64,000 nucleotides of DNA from Acidobacteriota bacterium (GTDB taxonomy: Bacteria; Acidobacteriota; UBA890; WLXD01), in contig CAXWPL010000004.1 in assembly GCA_963666215.2 (NCBI GenBank), forward strand, positions 448,001-512,000, in the 5' to 3' direction. A program made the position numbers and the translations under genes. The notes under the pieces are model-generated. The model did no database searches. It had not been told where the DNA came from and saw only the letters and a list, made by a program, of their open reading frames with translations. Numbering within the stretch: position 1 is the first letter of the stretch; every line of letters begins with the position of its first letter. Shown piece by piece: positions 52,103 to 61,260 of the stretch.

Positions 52103-54286
52103 TCAGTCGGATCGTAGGGATTCGATCGGATCGACTCGTGCAGCACGGAGCGCCGGCACCAGGTTTGCCGCCAAAGCAACCGTGGCAAGAAGCGCCACGA
52201 CGCCAAGGACCACCAGCGGATCACTCGGCTCGACTGCGAACAGCAAGCTGCTCAGCAAACGGCCCGAAGCCAAGGCAGCCGCGCAACCCAGCACGAGCCC
52301 GATCGCCACGGGAACCATTCCAGAGCCGATCGTGTGCCGCACCACCGCGCCGCGCGAAGCGCCGAGAGCCAGGCGCACACCAATCTCGTGAGTTCGTTGC
52401 ACCACCAGGTAGCTCATCACGCCAAACACGCCGACTGCGCCAAGCCCTAGCGCCAGCGCCGCGAGGCCGCCGAACAGGACGGCGTAGGAGCGCGGCGCGG
52501 CGAGCGAGGAGCGAACAACGTCGGTCATCGAGCCCTGGCGGCTAATGGGGACGGTCGAATCGACGTCCCAAACCGCGCTTCGCAGCGCCGGCAGCACGTC
52601 CATCTGTTCGGCGCGAACCAAGAGAGACATACCGGTGAGCCAAGCCTCCTGGGCGTAGGGCACGAAAACCTCGGGCGTCGGGTCGGTACCCAGGCTCGAC
52701 TGGTGCATGTCGCCGATGACGCCGACGACCTCGAACCACGGGTCGCCGGTCGACCACCGCAACTCCCTGCCAACCGCATTCTCGCCAGGCCACAAGCGCT
52801 CGGCCAACGCATGGTTGATTATGCCGACGTCGGTCGCGTCGGCGGCATCTTCGGCGCTCAGATGGCGACCGGCCAGCAGCTTGACCCCCGCGGTGCTCAG
52901 GTAGCCGGGGGTCACCAGCCGGTATCCGACCATCATCGGCCGCGTCCCTTCGGGCACGGGAAGCCCATCGGGCGAGATCGCGGTTCCCATAGCGTCGGGT
53001 GTGAGCGGCAGACCGCTCGCGGCACCCACGGCCACGACGCCCGGGATCGCGGCGATCCGTTCTTCGACGGCGTCGTAGAACTGCGCGCGCTCGGCCTCCT
53101 CGACGTAGCGTGACGGCGAGGGCGCGAGCTGCATCGAGTAGAGATGCTCGACCACGAGCCCGGGATCAACTCTCTGCAGCGCCCACAAGCTCTTCGCCAG
53201 CAACCCCGCGGCCATCACGAGCACGACGGCAAGCGCCACCTCGGCAATCACCAGCGAGCGGTGCAATCGCACTGCCCGACCGCTCAGCGACGAGCGGCCG
53301 GCGACGGCGAGCTCCGAGCCGCATGGCGCGCTCGTCCGCAGCGCCGGCGCGAGGCCGAATCCCACACCGCAAACGAGCGACAGCGCGAGTGTGAATCCGA
53401 ACACAACCATGTCGGGCTCCACCTGAGCTTGGCGCGGCATTCCGGAGAGCAGCGAGGTGGCTATCGTCCGGGTCGCCAGGAGCGCCAGCAACTATCCGGC
53501 AACGCCGCCGGCGAGCGCCAGCAGGGTGCTCTCAGTCAATAGCTGGCGAACAATGCGGGCGCGGCCGGCGCCGATCGCCGAGCGGATGGCCATCTCCTGA
53601 CGCCGCGTGCTGCCACGCGCTAGCAGGAGGTTGGCGACGTTGGCGCACGCCATCAGCAGTACGGCGGCCACGGCGCCGAGCAACAGCCACAGCGTGCTCC
53701 CCACGCCTGCCGAACGCGCCGCGTGAAAGCTCACGACGTCGACGGCGGCAGCCGTCTCGCGGTCGAACAGCGGCTCATCAGCGTTGGTGAGGCGATCGAC
53801 CACAGCCGCGAGCTCGTTCGAGGCCCGTACACGCGCCAGCAACCAGAATCGCGCCATGTCGCTGTAGTCGTGACTGCCGCGCTCCAGAGTCACCGGCACC
53901 ACGATGTTCGACGGCCACGGCAACGGGTCGACCTCGGGTGCCAGTATCCCGACGATCGTCCTTTGCTCCGCGCCCTCGCCTTCGATCGGCAGGGTACGGC
54001 CGATCACCGCTGAGTCGCCCGCGAGCTGCGTGCGCCAATACTCGTGACCGAGCATGGCCACGGGATCGCTTCCGACCTCCGAGTCGGCCGCCGCGAAGCC
54101 GCGCCCCAGCGCTGGCGGCGCTCCGAACACGCCAAGCCAATCGGCCCCGACCACGGTGCCCCGCACTCGAGTGGGCTCTGTTTCTCCGGCTAGCGTGAAC
54201 GTGGCGCCACCAGCCAGCGCCATCGCTTCGAAGGTCTCGCTTTGAGCCTCGAGCATGTCTGCCTGCTCGGCCGAGAACCAGTGCGA
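52103..54286 (-). pseudogene. ADOP-type duplicated permease, 5'-truncated, with in-frame TAG at 53492-53494
   Basis: ORFs 53492..54256 and 52103..53491 are in the same frame; ACANVANLLLAR, EMAIRSAIGA, EIGVRLALGA, RVDPIESLR; first TM (TLALGIGAN) missing. Confidence 0.87.
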
Positions 54287-54353
54287 TCAAAAGTTGATAC
54301 TTCCACGCAAGCACGCGACCGCAAGAGATTCTCGCGCTGGCGCCGTACGAAGC

Positions 54354-55649
54354 TCAGCCGGCCGCCGATTGTTCGGCGCGAGGAGCAAGAACCTCGGCGA
54401 ACTCCGCCGACTTGCGCGCCACGTTGACCAGGCTCTGGTAAGCGAGATCCGTCAGGCACCAGTGCATCTGGCCATCCTCGATCACAACCTGGCGGAGGTA
54501 GCCGTCCTGCCGCAAGAAACGAGCACACTGAGCGTCGCGATCGCCTTCGAGTCGACGCGTGTCGACGCGGTGAAGCAGCGTGTTACCGCGCTCTAGCCGT
54601 ACGCCATCGAGAGCCCCCAGCCAACGTCGCGCGCCGTCCACCGCCCACTGCCCGTAGGCCATCTGCATCCACTCACCGAGTGGCATCCGCGACGCCGTGA
54701 TGGAGACGCCCGACTCACCGGCAATGAACGCGAAGAAGACGATCATCGTGTCGATGAACAGCGCGATAAAGGCGAACACGATCGCGGTGGGTGATCCCGC
54801 AGCGAGCTCGCTGACGGCACGCTCCCAGTACTCCTCGTTCTCGAGCGGACGCGTATCGAGAATCGCCGGGTCGACCGTCAGCGGCACGAACTCGCCGGCA
54901 ACCTCGCCGATGCGCGCAGCCGGAACCGCGGCCGAGGCGCGTGAGTAGGAGGCCCGAAGCTGTTCGTGGTCGACGCTGGTGCCGTCGGTGAGCAATGCCA
55001 GCTCCGCATCGAGCTTCCCCAGACCCTCGCCGACCTCGAGCTCCATCTGCTGGATGCTGGGTAGCACAGTGGTCAGAAAGCGGTAGCGCTCGCCTGTACC
55101 GCTCGCCACGGTGCGCGTGTCGACGCTCAGATCCGATTCGGCCACCAGCCGCTGGAGGTAAGGATTCGAGATGTTGCGTAGCCCACCGCCGCTCGCCGCC
55201 TCGATCTCAATCCGCCGCTCGAGCTCGGCCGAAGCCTGGCGCAGCGTTCCGAGCGTCCCGGAGGTCTGCACGCGAGCGTCAACCAGGTACGCACGCAACG
55301 ACTCGTAACGCTCGATACGGCGCTCCTTGGCGATCGTCTCCTCGGAAAAGCCGCGGTGATAGAAGACGTACGACGTGAAGCTCGACATCACCACGGTGAA
55401 AACGATCACCGCGCCCAAGAAAGGCCTGTGTCGGTTGGGCTCACGGAGCGCGAGCGTCGACGTGAGCATGCCGAGCTGGATGATCGCGGCGAGGCCGAGC
55501 GCCGCCAGCACGGCGTACTGAAACTGCGGAAAGATCTCGGAGATGCCGTTGAACGTGCTGTAGCCCGAGACCAAGCAGCCGATCGCCGCGGCGAGCGCGG
55601 GGAACGTGTGGACTGGCGACTTGATGAAGTTGATCAGTGTGCGGAACAT
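54354..55649 (-). CDS. Membrane protein: 3 TM + long helical/coiled-coil region + TM + small C-terminal domain (DUF4407-like architecture)
   Basis: Hydrophobicity pattern; IEIEAASGGG...SGTGERY motif. Family assignment is tentative. Confidence 0.65.
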   Translation of the reverse strand: MFRTLINFIKSPVHTFPALAAAIGCLVSGYSTFNGISEIFPQFQYAVLAALGLAAIIQLGMLTSTLALREPNRHRPFLGAVIVFTVVMSSFTSYVFYHRGFSEETIAKERRIERYESLRAYLVDARVQTSGTLGTLRQASAELERRIEIEAASGGGLRNISNPYLQRLVAESDLSVDTRTVASGTGERYRFLTTVLPSIQQMELEVGEGLGKLDAELALLTDGTSVDHEQLRASYSRASAAVPAARIGEVAGEFVPLTVDPAILDTRPLENEEYWERAVSELAAGSPTAIVFAFIALFIDTMIVFFAFIAGESGVSITASRMPLGEWMQMAYGQWAVDGARRWLGALDGVRLERGNTLLHRVDTRRLEGDRDAQCARFLRQDGYLRQVVIEDGQMHWCLTDLAYQSLVNVARKSAEFAEVLAPRAEQSAAG

Positions 55650-55775
55650 CGGCGGCGACTCCCTCGAAGGGTGGCGCCTCCCGTCAATCCCGACTAGCTG
55701 CCCCAACTCTATGGTACTTCAGACGCGGGGTGGGGCGTGAGGGTTCGGTTTGACTGTTGTGAGGGTCGGAGGGGG

Positions 55776-55923
55776 GGCTTGCGGAGAGACGCCCCCCCTC
55801 TCGGCGGGACGCGCATCGGCGGTGGTTGCCGCTGCCTACGACCTGGCCTGATGAGTCTGGCGGGGACGATTGGCGGCGAGCAAGTGCGGGCCCCGCTACG
55901 AGGCGGGCGTCTCTCCGCAAGCC
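55776..55923 (+). repeat. 148-bp hairpin element, copy A
   Basis: 19-bp perfect terminal IR GGCTTGCGGAGAGACGCCC; full-length similarity to the reverse complement of 58880-59026. Confidence 0.88.
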
Positions 55924-55953
55924 GGCACGGGTAGTTGTGGAGCCTGAAACGAC

Positions 55954-58428
55954 CTAGTCGACGCTGAGGACGATGATGGGGTCGACGTTGGCGGCGCGCA
56001 GGGCGGGGGCTGACGCGGCAATCAGAGCCACGGAGAGCAGACCCAGAATGACCGCGGCGAGCACGGTGGGGTCGAACGGGGCGACATCGAAGAGGAGCGG
56101 CGCGACGAAGCGGATGGCGCCCGACAACCCGGCGGCGTGGATCTCGCGGCGCACAGTCGGTAGGAGCTCCCCCACCCGATCGGGCGCTGTGCGGACAAAG
56201 ATCGCCATCGGGGGATCGCTGACGATGCCTTGCCGCAGCGGCACGTAGTACTGGGCTGTCTCGTCTTCGACCAACTCCTGACGGCGCGCGTTCTCGGCAA
56301 TCCCCACGACGGTGGTGCACGGCAGATCGTCGCCGGACCCAACGAGCAGACACTTGCCGAGTGGCTCCTCGCCCGGCCAGTAGACGTCGGCCATGTGCTG
56401 CTCGACAACCGCCACCTGCTCATTCCCGAGCACGTCGTCGTCGGTGAAACCTCTGCCGTGCACAATCCGGACCCCTAGAGCGTCGAAGTAGCCCTCCGTG
56501 ACGGCGTTGATGTAGGGCCCACCGGTGGCGAAGCGCGGCATTTCTTCGCGGCTGAGGCCAGGTAGCAGCAGGCGCACCGAGGAACTCGACCAGAACGGCA
56601 TCGATTGCGAGGCACTCGCAGCCTCGACACCGGGCTGCCGAGTCAGACGCTTGACCGCGTCCAAGTAGAATGGCCGTACAAGCGCCTGGTCTATCGACGT
56701 CGGGTCGATCTCCGGTAGCGCCACCACGACGCCGGCGGTGTCGAAGCCCATGTCGAGAGTGATCACGTTGCGCAGACTCTTGAGAAAGAGCCCGGCACCT
56801 ACCAGCAGGACCACGGACAGAGCTGTCTGGGTGACCAGCAGCAAGGCGCGCGTTCGAGGCGCCGTGCCGCGGCCGCCGCGCTCACGGCCTCGGAGGGTGT
56901 CGCTGAGGTCAGGATCGCTGGACTGCAAGGCCGGTACGACGCCGGCCAACAGCCCGGTCAGGAGCGAAACCGCGGCCGTGAACAGCAAGACGCGGGTGTG
57001 CACCGGTGAGTCGGACCAGTGGACCTGCGGAAGCAGAACTGTCCGAACGAGAGCGCCGCCACGATCGGCGACAAGCAGGGCGAATCCCCCGCCGAGCAGA
57101 GCCAGTGCCAGGCTCTCGGTGAGGAGCTGGCCGACCAACCGGGCTCGCGACACGCCGAGAGCCAAGCGAATGCCGATCTCGTGACGACGGCGCAGAGAGC
57201 GCGCCAGCATCAGGTTGGCGACGTTGGCGCAGGCGATAAGCAGAACGACGCCGCTGACTCCCATCAACCATCGCGCCACCACCGAGGCGCTCGTACGCTG
57301 CAGACCACGTGCGGCAATCAACGAACCGGTGATCATTTCGGCGTCCGGATCGTAGTTGGCGTCGTCGGCGCGTCCGGCACGGTGTGCCGCGGTGGTCTCG
57401 GCCTGCACCGCGGCCACCTCGGCGCCAGCTGTCAATCGACCGAAGGCGCGCAGCCAGTAGTAGCCGCGACTTTCCTGCCAGTTGATTCCCGAGTCGGCGC
57501 GCCAGGCGTTGGCCGGATTGGCCGGCGAGCGCAGTGGCAGCCACAGATCGACGCGCCCCAGATCAGCCCCGGTGAATCCGTCCGGCGCCACGCCTATGAC
57601 GGTCACAGGAAAGCCGCCGACGCGAATCGAGCGGCCGACGATTGTCGGATCGGCGGCGAGCTCGTTCTGCCAAAAGTCGTGGCCGACGACAACAACGTCG
57701 TCGATACCTGCAGCTTCGTCCGCGTCGGTGAAGAACCGCCCCAGCGAAGGCGCCACACCGAGCAGATCGAAGTAACTCGCGCTGATCAAGCGACCGGGCA
57801 CCCGCTGGGCAGCCTCGCCCTCGCCCAGGGTCATGCGGCTCAGACCGCTAGAAACGGCGATCGCCTCCAGGCTCTCGACCGACGCCAGGTCGGCGTAGTC
57901 GGGATACGTCATCGTTGCTGATGTCGCGCTCTCGCCCCTGAAGTCGCGCCGCACGTAGAAGCGCACCACCCGGTCGGGCTCGACGATGTGCTCTGGCGCT
58001 CGCAAGAGCAGCCTGTCCAGAATGCCAAACATCGTGGCATTCGCACCCATCCCGAGCGCCAGCGTCGTCACGACGGCGGCTGTGAAGCCGGGGTTGGCGC
58101 GCATGCCACGGATCGCAAGGCGCAGGTTGTCCACCATCACGCCCACAACGCTCACCAGCCTCTCGCGTCGGGCACGACCCCGATCAATAGCGTGCAGGCC
58201 GCGTCGATGCCGGTCGAGATCGCCAAAACGTCGCCGCGCCCGTTCAGCAGCCTCGCCAGCCGGGATCCCTTGATCGATCAAGTCGCGTTGAGTGCGATCG
58301 AGGTGGTAGCCGATCTCGGCGTCGATCTCCCCCATCGACTCGCGCTTGGCGCTGCGAAACTGGAAGATGCGCGACCATCGCGCCCAGCCCCGGCGACCAC
58401 GCTCCTGCGGCGATCGTGCGGCGCACAT
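55954..58428 (-). CDS. ADOP-type duplicated permease with permease-prefix domain; apparent in-frame deletion near 56130
   Basis: EIDAEIGYHL...ARRRFG prefix, TLALGMGANATMF, IACANVANLMLAR. The second FtsX module lacks its first TM and EIGIR.ALGA motif. Confidence 0.88.
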   Translation of the reverse strand: MCAARSPQERGRRGWARWSRIFQFRSAKRESMGEIDAEIGYHLDRTQRDLIDQGIPAGEAAERARRRFGDLDRHRRGLHAIDRGRARRERLVSVVGVMVDNLRLAIRGMRANPGFTAAVVTTLALGMGANATMFGILDRLLLRAPEHIVEPDRVVRFYVRRDFRGESATSATMTYPDYADLASVESLEAIAVSSGLSRMTLGEGEAAQRVPGRLISASYFDLLGVAPSLGRFFTDADEAAGIDDVVVVGHDFWQNELAADPTIVGRSIRVGGFPVTVIGVAPDGFTGADLGRVDLWLPLRSPANPANAWRADSGINWQESRGYYWLRAFGRLTAGAEVAAVQAETTAAHRAGRADDANYDPDAEMITGSLIAARGLQRTSASVVARWLMGVSGVVLLIACANVANLMLARSLRRRHEIGIRLALGVSRARLVGQLLTESLALALLGGGFALLVADRGGALVRTVLLPQVHWSDSPVHTRVLLFTAAVSLLTGLLAGVVPALQSSDPDLSDTLRGRERGGRGTAPRTRALLLVTQTALSVVLLVGAGLFLKSLRNVITLDMGFDTAGVVVALPEIDPTSIDQALVRPFYLDAVKRLTRQPGVEAASASQSMPFWSSSSVRLLLPGLSREEMPRFATGGPYINAVTEGYFDALGVRIVHGRGFTDDDVLGNEQVAVVEQHMADVYWPGEEPLGKCLLVGSGDDLPCTTVVGIAENARRQELVEDETAQYYVPLRQGIVSDPPMAIFVRTAPDRVGELLPTVRREIHAAGLSGAIRFVAPLLFDVAPFDPTVLAAVILGLLSVALIAASAPALRAANVDPIIVLSVD

Positions 58429-58429
58429 A

Positions 58430-58780
58430 TCAGCGCCCCTCCGGAGTTACCCCGGCGCCGAGTACCTGGAACACGGCGTCGGCGTAGTTCGCCCAACTGT
58501 CTGTGCTCGACTGCAACTGCTTCCGGCCTTTCCGCGTCAGCCGGTAGAACTTGGCGCGCCGGTTGTTGTCAGACAGCCCCCAACGCGACTCCACCCAGCG
58601 CCGCTTCTCCATCCGATGCAACGAGTTGTAGAGCGCCCCATCCTCGATCGCGATCCGCCCGTCCGTGATCGCGCGAATCCACTCGACGATCGCGTAGCCG
58701 TGCGCCGATCCGTCGTCCAGTGCCTTGAGCACCAAGACGTCGAGCGTCCCCTGCAGTAGTTTCAGCGCTTGTTCCGACAT
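58430..58780 (-). CDS. PadR family transcriptional regulator (acidobacterial type)
   Basis: LLQGTLDVLVLKAL, HGYAI, GALYNSLHRME, WGLSDNNRRAKFYRLT. Confidence 0.94.
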   Translation of the reverse strand: MSEQALKLLQGTLDVLVLKALDDGSAHGYAIVEWIRAITDGRIAIEDGALYNSLHRMEKRRWVESRWGLSDNNRRAKFYRLTRKGRKQLQSSTDSWANYADAVFQVLGAGVTPEGR

Positions 58781-58792
58781 GCCTCTCTTCGC

Positions 58793-58837
58793 TCCCATGA
58801 AATGTTCATGTCAATTCCCATGAAGTATTCATGGGAA
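58793..58837. promoter_or_regulatory. Tandem palindromic operator for PadR
   Basis: TTCCCATGAA-gta-TTCATGGGAA (58815-58837, perfect 10-bp arms) plus a weaker copy TCCCATGAA-atg-TTCATG (58793-58810). Confidence 0.78.
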
Positions 58838-58879
58838 GGAGGGCGGGCGTCAAGTCCGAGCGCAACTCCGAGGCATGGC

Positions 58880-59026
58880 GGCGTGCGGCGAGACGTGCCC
58901 CTCGTAGCGGGGCCCGCACTTGCTCCGCACCCAGCGTCGCCGCGATTCCCATCAGGCCAGACCGTCCGCGGCGGCCACCAGCGCCGAAGCGCGTCCCGCC
59001 TAGAGGGGCACGTCTCGCCGCACGCC
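58880..59026 (-). repeat. 147-bp hairpin element, copy B (inverted relative to copy A)
   Basis: 24-bp perfect terminal IR GGCGTGCGGCGAGACGTGCCCCTC; shares the exact 26-mer GAGCAAGTGCGGGCCCCGCTACGAGG with copy A. Confidence 0.88.
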
Positions 59027-59073
59027 TGCACCACCGTTGGGTCGCGTCGCTTACCCTCGAACCACCGCGAGAC

Positions 59074-60333
59074 TCAGACGGATCTGGCGGCGACTTCGTC
59101 CGGGTAGAAGTAGTTCAGCACTCGGCCGAAGGTGACGCCCTGCACGAGAATCGTGAATGCGACCACTGCGTAGGTGATGCTCACCAGCAGGTCGCGCTCT
59201 GGGCCGACGGGGAGAGAGAGCGCGAGGGCGACCGAGATGCCTCCGCGTAGACCGGCCCAGGTGAGGACCTTGACGGCGTGGGGACTGAAGCGCCGCCAGC
59301 GGCGCAACACCAACACCCCGAACCCGACGGAGATGAAGCGAGCTACGAGGACGACGGGAATCGCGATCAGGCCTACGATGAAGTACTCGGGGCGCAGGGT
59401 CAGGGCGAGCACTTCAAGGCCGATGAGCACGAACAAGGCGGCATTGAGGATCTCGTCGAGCAGCTCCCAGAAGGTGTCGAGGTTCCGGCGTGTCGTTTCC
59501 GACATGGCGAAAGCGCGGCCGCTGTTGCCGATGAGCAGGCCGGCCACGACCATCGCGAGGGGCCCTGAAGTGTGCAATGCGCCGGCCAGCGCGTAGCCGC
59601 CCATGACGAGCGCCAGCGTGATCAGCACCTCTACCTGATAGTTATCGACGCTCTTGAGCATACGGAACGCCAGGTAGCCGATGATCAGCCCGAACGCCAT
59701 GCCGCCGACCGCCTCTTGCAGGAACATGGTGATCACGCCACCGGCCGTCACAGCGTGGGTCGATGTCGTGATGTCGAAGAGCATGAGGAACACGACGACG
59801 CCGACGCCGTCGTTGAACAACGCCTCTCCGGCGATCTTGATTTCGATGCTACGCGGTGCATCGACCTGCTTGAGCACGCCCAGAACGGCGATCGGGTCGG
59901 TGGGCGAGATCAGCGCGCCGAAAAGAAAGCAGTAGAGCAAGGGGACGTCGAACCCGAGGGCGTCGAACACCAGGCTCATGGTGCCGCCGATCAGTACCGT
60001 CCCCAGCAGCACTCCGACCGTCGCGAGGTTGGCGATAATCGATCGTTGCTCGCGCAGAGAGTGGAGATCGATATGCAGCGATCCGGCGAACAGCAGAAAG
60101 CCGAGCATGCCGTGCATCACCGCCACGTTGAAGTCGATGGTGCGAACCGCGTCAGCCAGCAACAGAGCCAGAGGCGTCCATTCGGCCATGCCGAGCAGAA
60201 GCAGCACGATCGACACCAGCAGCGCCATGAGCATGACGCCGATCGTCGTCGGGAGGCCGAGGTAGCGATGATTGAGGTAGCTGAACGCCGCGCACAGCAC
60301 AATGAGGACGGCCGCGAAGTTCAGCAATTCCAT
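59074..60333 (-). CDS. CPA1/NhaP-type Na+/H+ antiporter
   Basis: FGALISPTDPIAV, GEALFNDG, WAGLRGGISVALALSL. Confidence 0.94.
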   Translation of the reverse strand: MELLNFAAVLIVLCAAFSYLNHRYLGLPTTIGVMLMALLVSIVLLLLGMAEWTPLALLLADAVRTIDFNVAVMHGMLGFLLFAGSLHIDLHSLREQRSIIANLATVGVLLGTVLIGGTMSLVFDALGFDVPLLYCFLFGALISPTDPIAVLGVLKQVDAPRSIEIKIAGEALFNDGVGVVVFLMLFDITTSTHAVTAGGVITMFLQEAVGGMAFGLIIGYLAFRMLKSVDNYQVEVLITLALVMGGYALAGALHTSGPLAMVVAGLLIGNSGRAFAMSETTRRNLDTFWELLDEILNAALFVLIGLEVLALTLRPEYFIVGLIAIPVVLVARFISVGFGVLVLRRWRRFSPHAVKVLTWAGLRGGISVALALSLPVGPERDLLVSITYAVVAFTILVQGVTFGRVLNYFYPDEVAARSV

Positions 60334-60454
60334 GGGCGTTGGCGCTCGCTAGGGGAATGGTGTGTAGCAGATCGAGAGGCGAATTGTATGCGCCGGCAAC
60401 GCCGGGCGGTGGACCGCTTTGACGCGTGCTGACGACAGAACGTAGCTTGGCCGC

Positions 60455-60688
60455 ATGATCTTTCCGAAACTGGTCAAAGAAGCGTGCTTCGCACGCGCGG
60501 AGCTGCGCTGCGAGTGTAGCGTCAGCCACCCGCACCATGGGGGCAGTTGTGGCAACCGCGTGCAACGCTACACCTCGTTCTACCACTTCAAGCGCTCGCC
60601 TCAGCTCGGGGGGCGGGCCGACAAGAGCAACTGCGTGGTGGTTTGCAAGCAGTGTCACGAGGTGATGCTCAGCAGCGCCGAGGGCTAG
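60455..60688 (+). CDS. Small standalone HNH-like zinc-binding protein
   Basis: RCEC...H.H...C N-terminal cluster and YHF...GG....SNCVVVCKQCH, the spacing of an HNH motif. Confidence 0.7.
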   Translation: MIFPKLVKEACFARAELRCECSVSHPHHGGSCGNRVQRYTSFYHFKRSPQLGGRADKSNCVVVCKQCHEVMLSSAEG

Positions 60689-61167
60689 GCGCCGGCAGCT
60701 CCCAGCGGCACACGCCTGAGCTCGATCCCCGACTGCTCGATGAGATCGGCGAACGCCCCTTCAAGCTCGTCGGGGTAGCTGAACGGATCGTCGAAGACAA
60801 ACTCGCCGATGCCCGCCTGAATCGCCTCTTTCACACAGCCGAAGCACGGGCGGAGGGTCGTGTAGAGCACACCACCCTGGGTGGCGTTGCCGTGGCGCGC
60901 GGAGAGCACGATGGCGTTCTGCTCGGCGTGTACACAGATGCACGTGTCGTACCCGTGCCCCGACGGGGCGTCGGACATGCAGCGCGGGCAGCCGCCGTCG
61001 ATGCAGTTGCGCACCCCCATCGGCGTGCCGTTGTACCCGGTGGAGATGATGGATCTGTCGACGACGATGAGGGCACCCACCTGGCGGCGGCAGCAGTTCG
61101 ACCGTGTTGACACCGCGTGGGCAATCCCCAGGTAGTACTCGTCCCAGTCGGGCCGGCTCACGAGCAC
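60685..61167 (-). CDS. dCMP deaminase family protein (ComEB-like)
   Basis: RPDWDEYY, STRSNC.RRQVGA, TGYNG, HAEQNA, PCFGC. Confidence 0.93.
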   Translation of the reverse strand: MLVSRPDWDEYYLGIAHAVSTRSNCCRRQVGALIVVDRSIISTGYNGTPMGVRNCIDGGCPRCMSDAPSGHGYDTCICVHAEQNAIVLSARHGNATQGGVLYTTLRPCFGCVKEAIQAGIGEFVFDDPFSYPDELEGAFADLIEQSGIELRRVPLGAAGA

Positions 61168-61260
61168 GCCCTGGTCGAGGTCGCGATCAAATTCCCTGCG
61201 CTTCGCATGCCCCCGGATGGTACCGGGCGCTCAGCGCCACCGCGACTCCTGTGCTCGTAC

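Noticed and set aside
55848-55880. CTGATGAG in hairpin copy A, resembling a hammerhead ribozyme core
   Set aside because: No properly placed GAAA after a stem II, and copy B has CTGATGGG.
55776-59026. Hairpin elements as integron attC sites
   Set aside because: No RYYYAAC/GTTRRRY boxes at the ends, copies are inverted rather than direct, and no integrase is in the window.
60685-61167. Deaminase as an anti-phage dCTP deaminase (AvcD-type)
   Set aside because: Only 160 aa with no P-loop kinase domain; looks like an ordinary dCMP deaminase.
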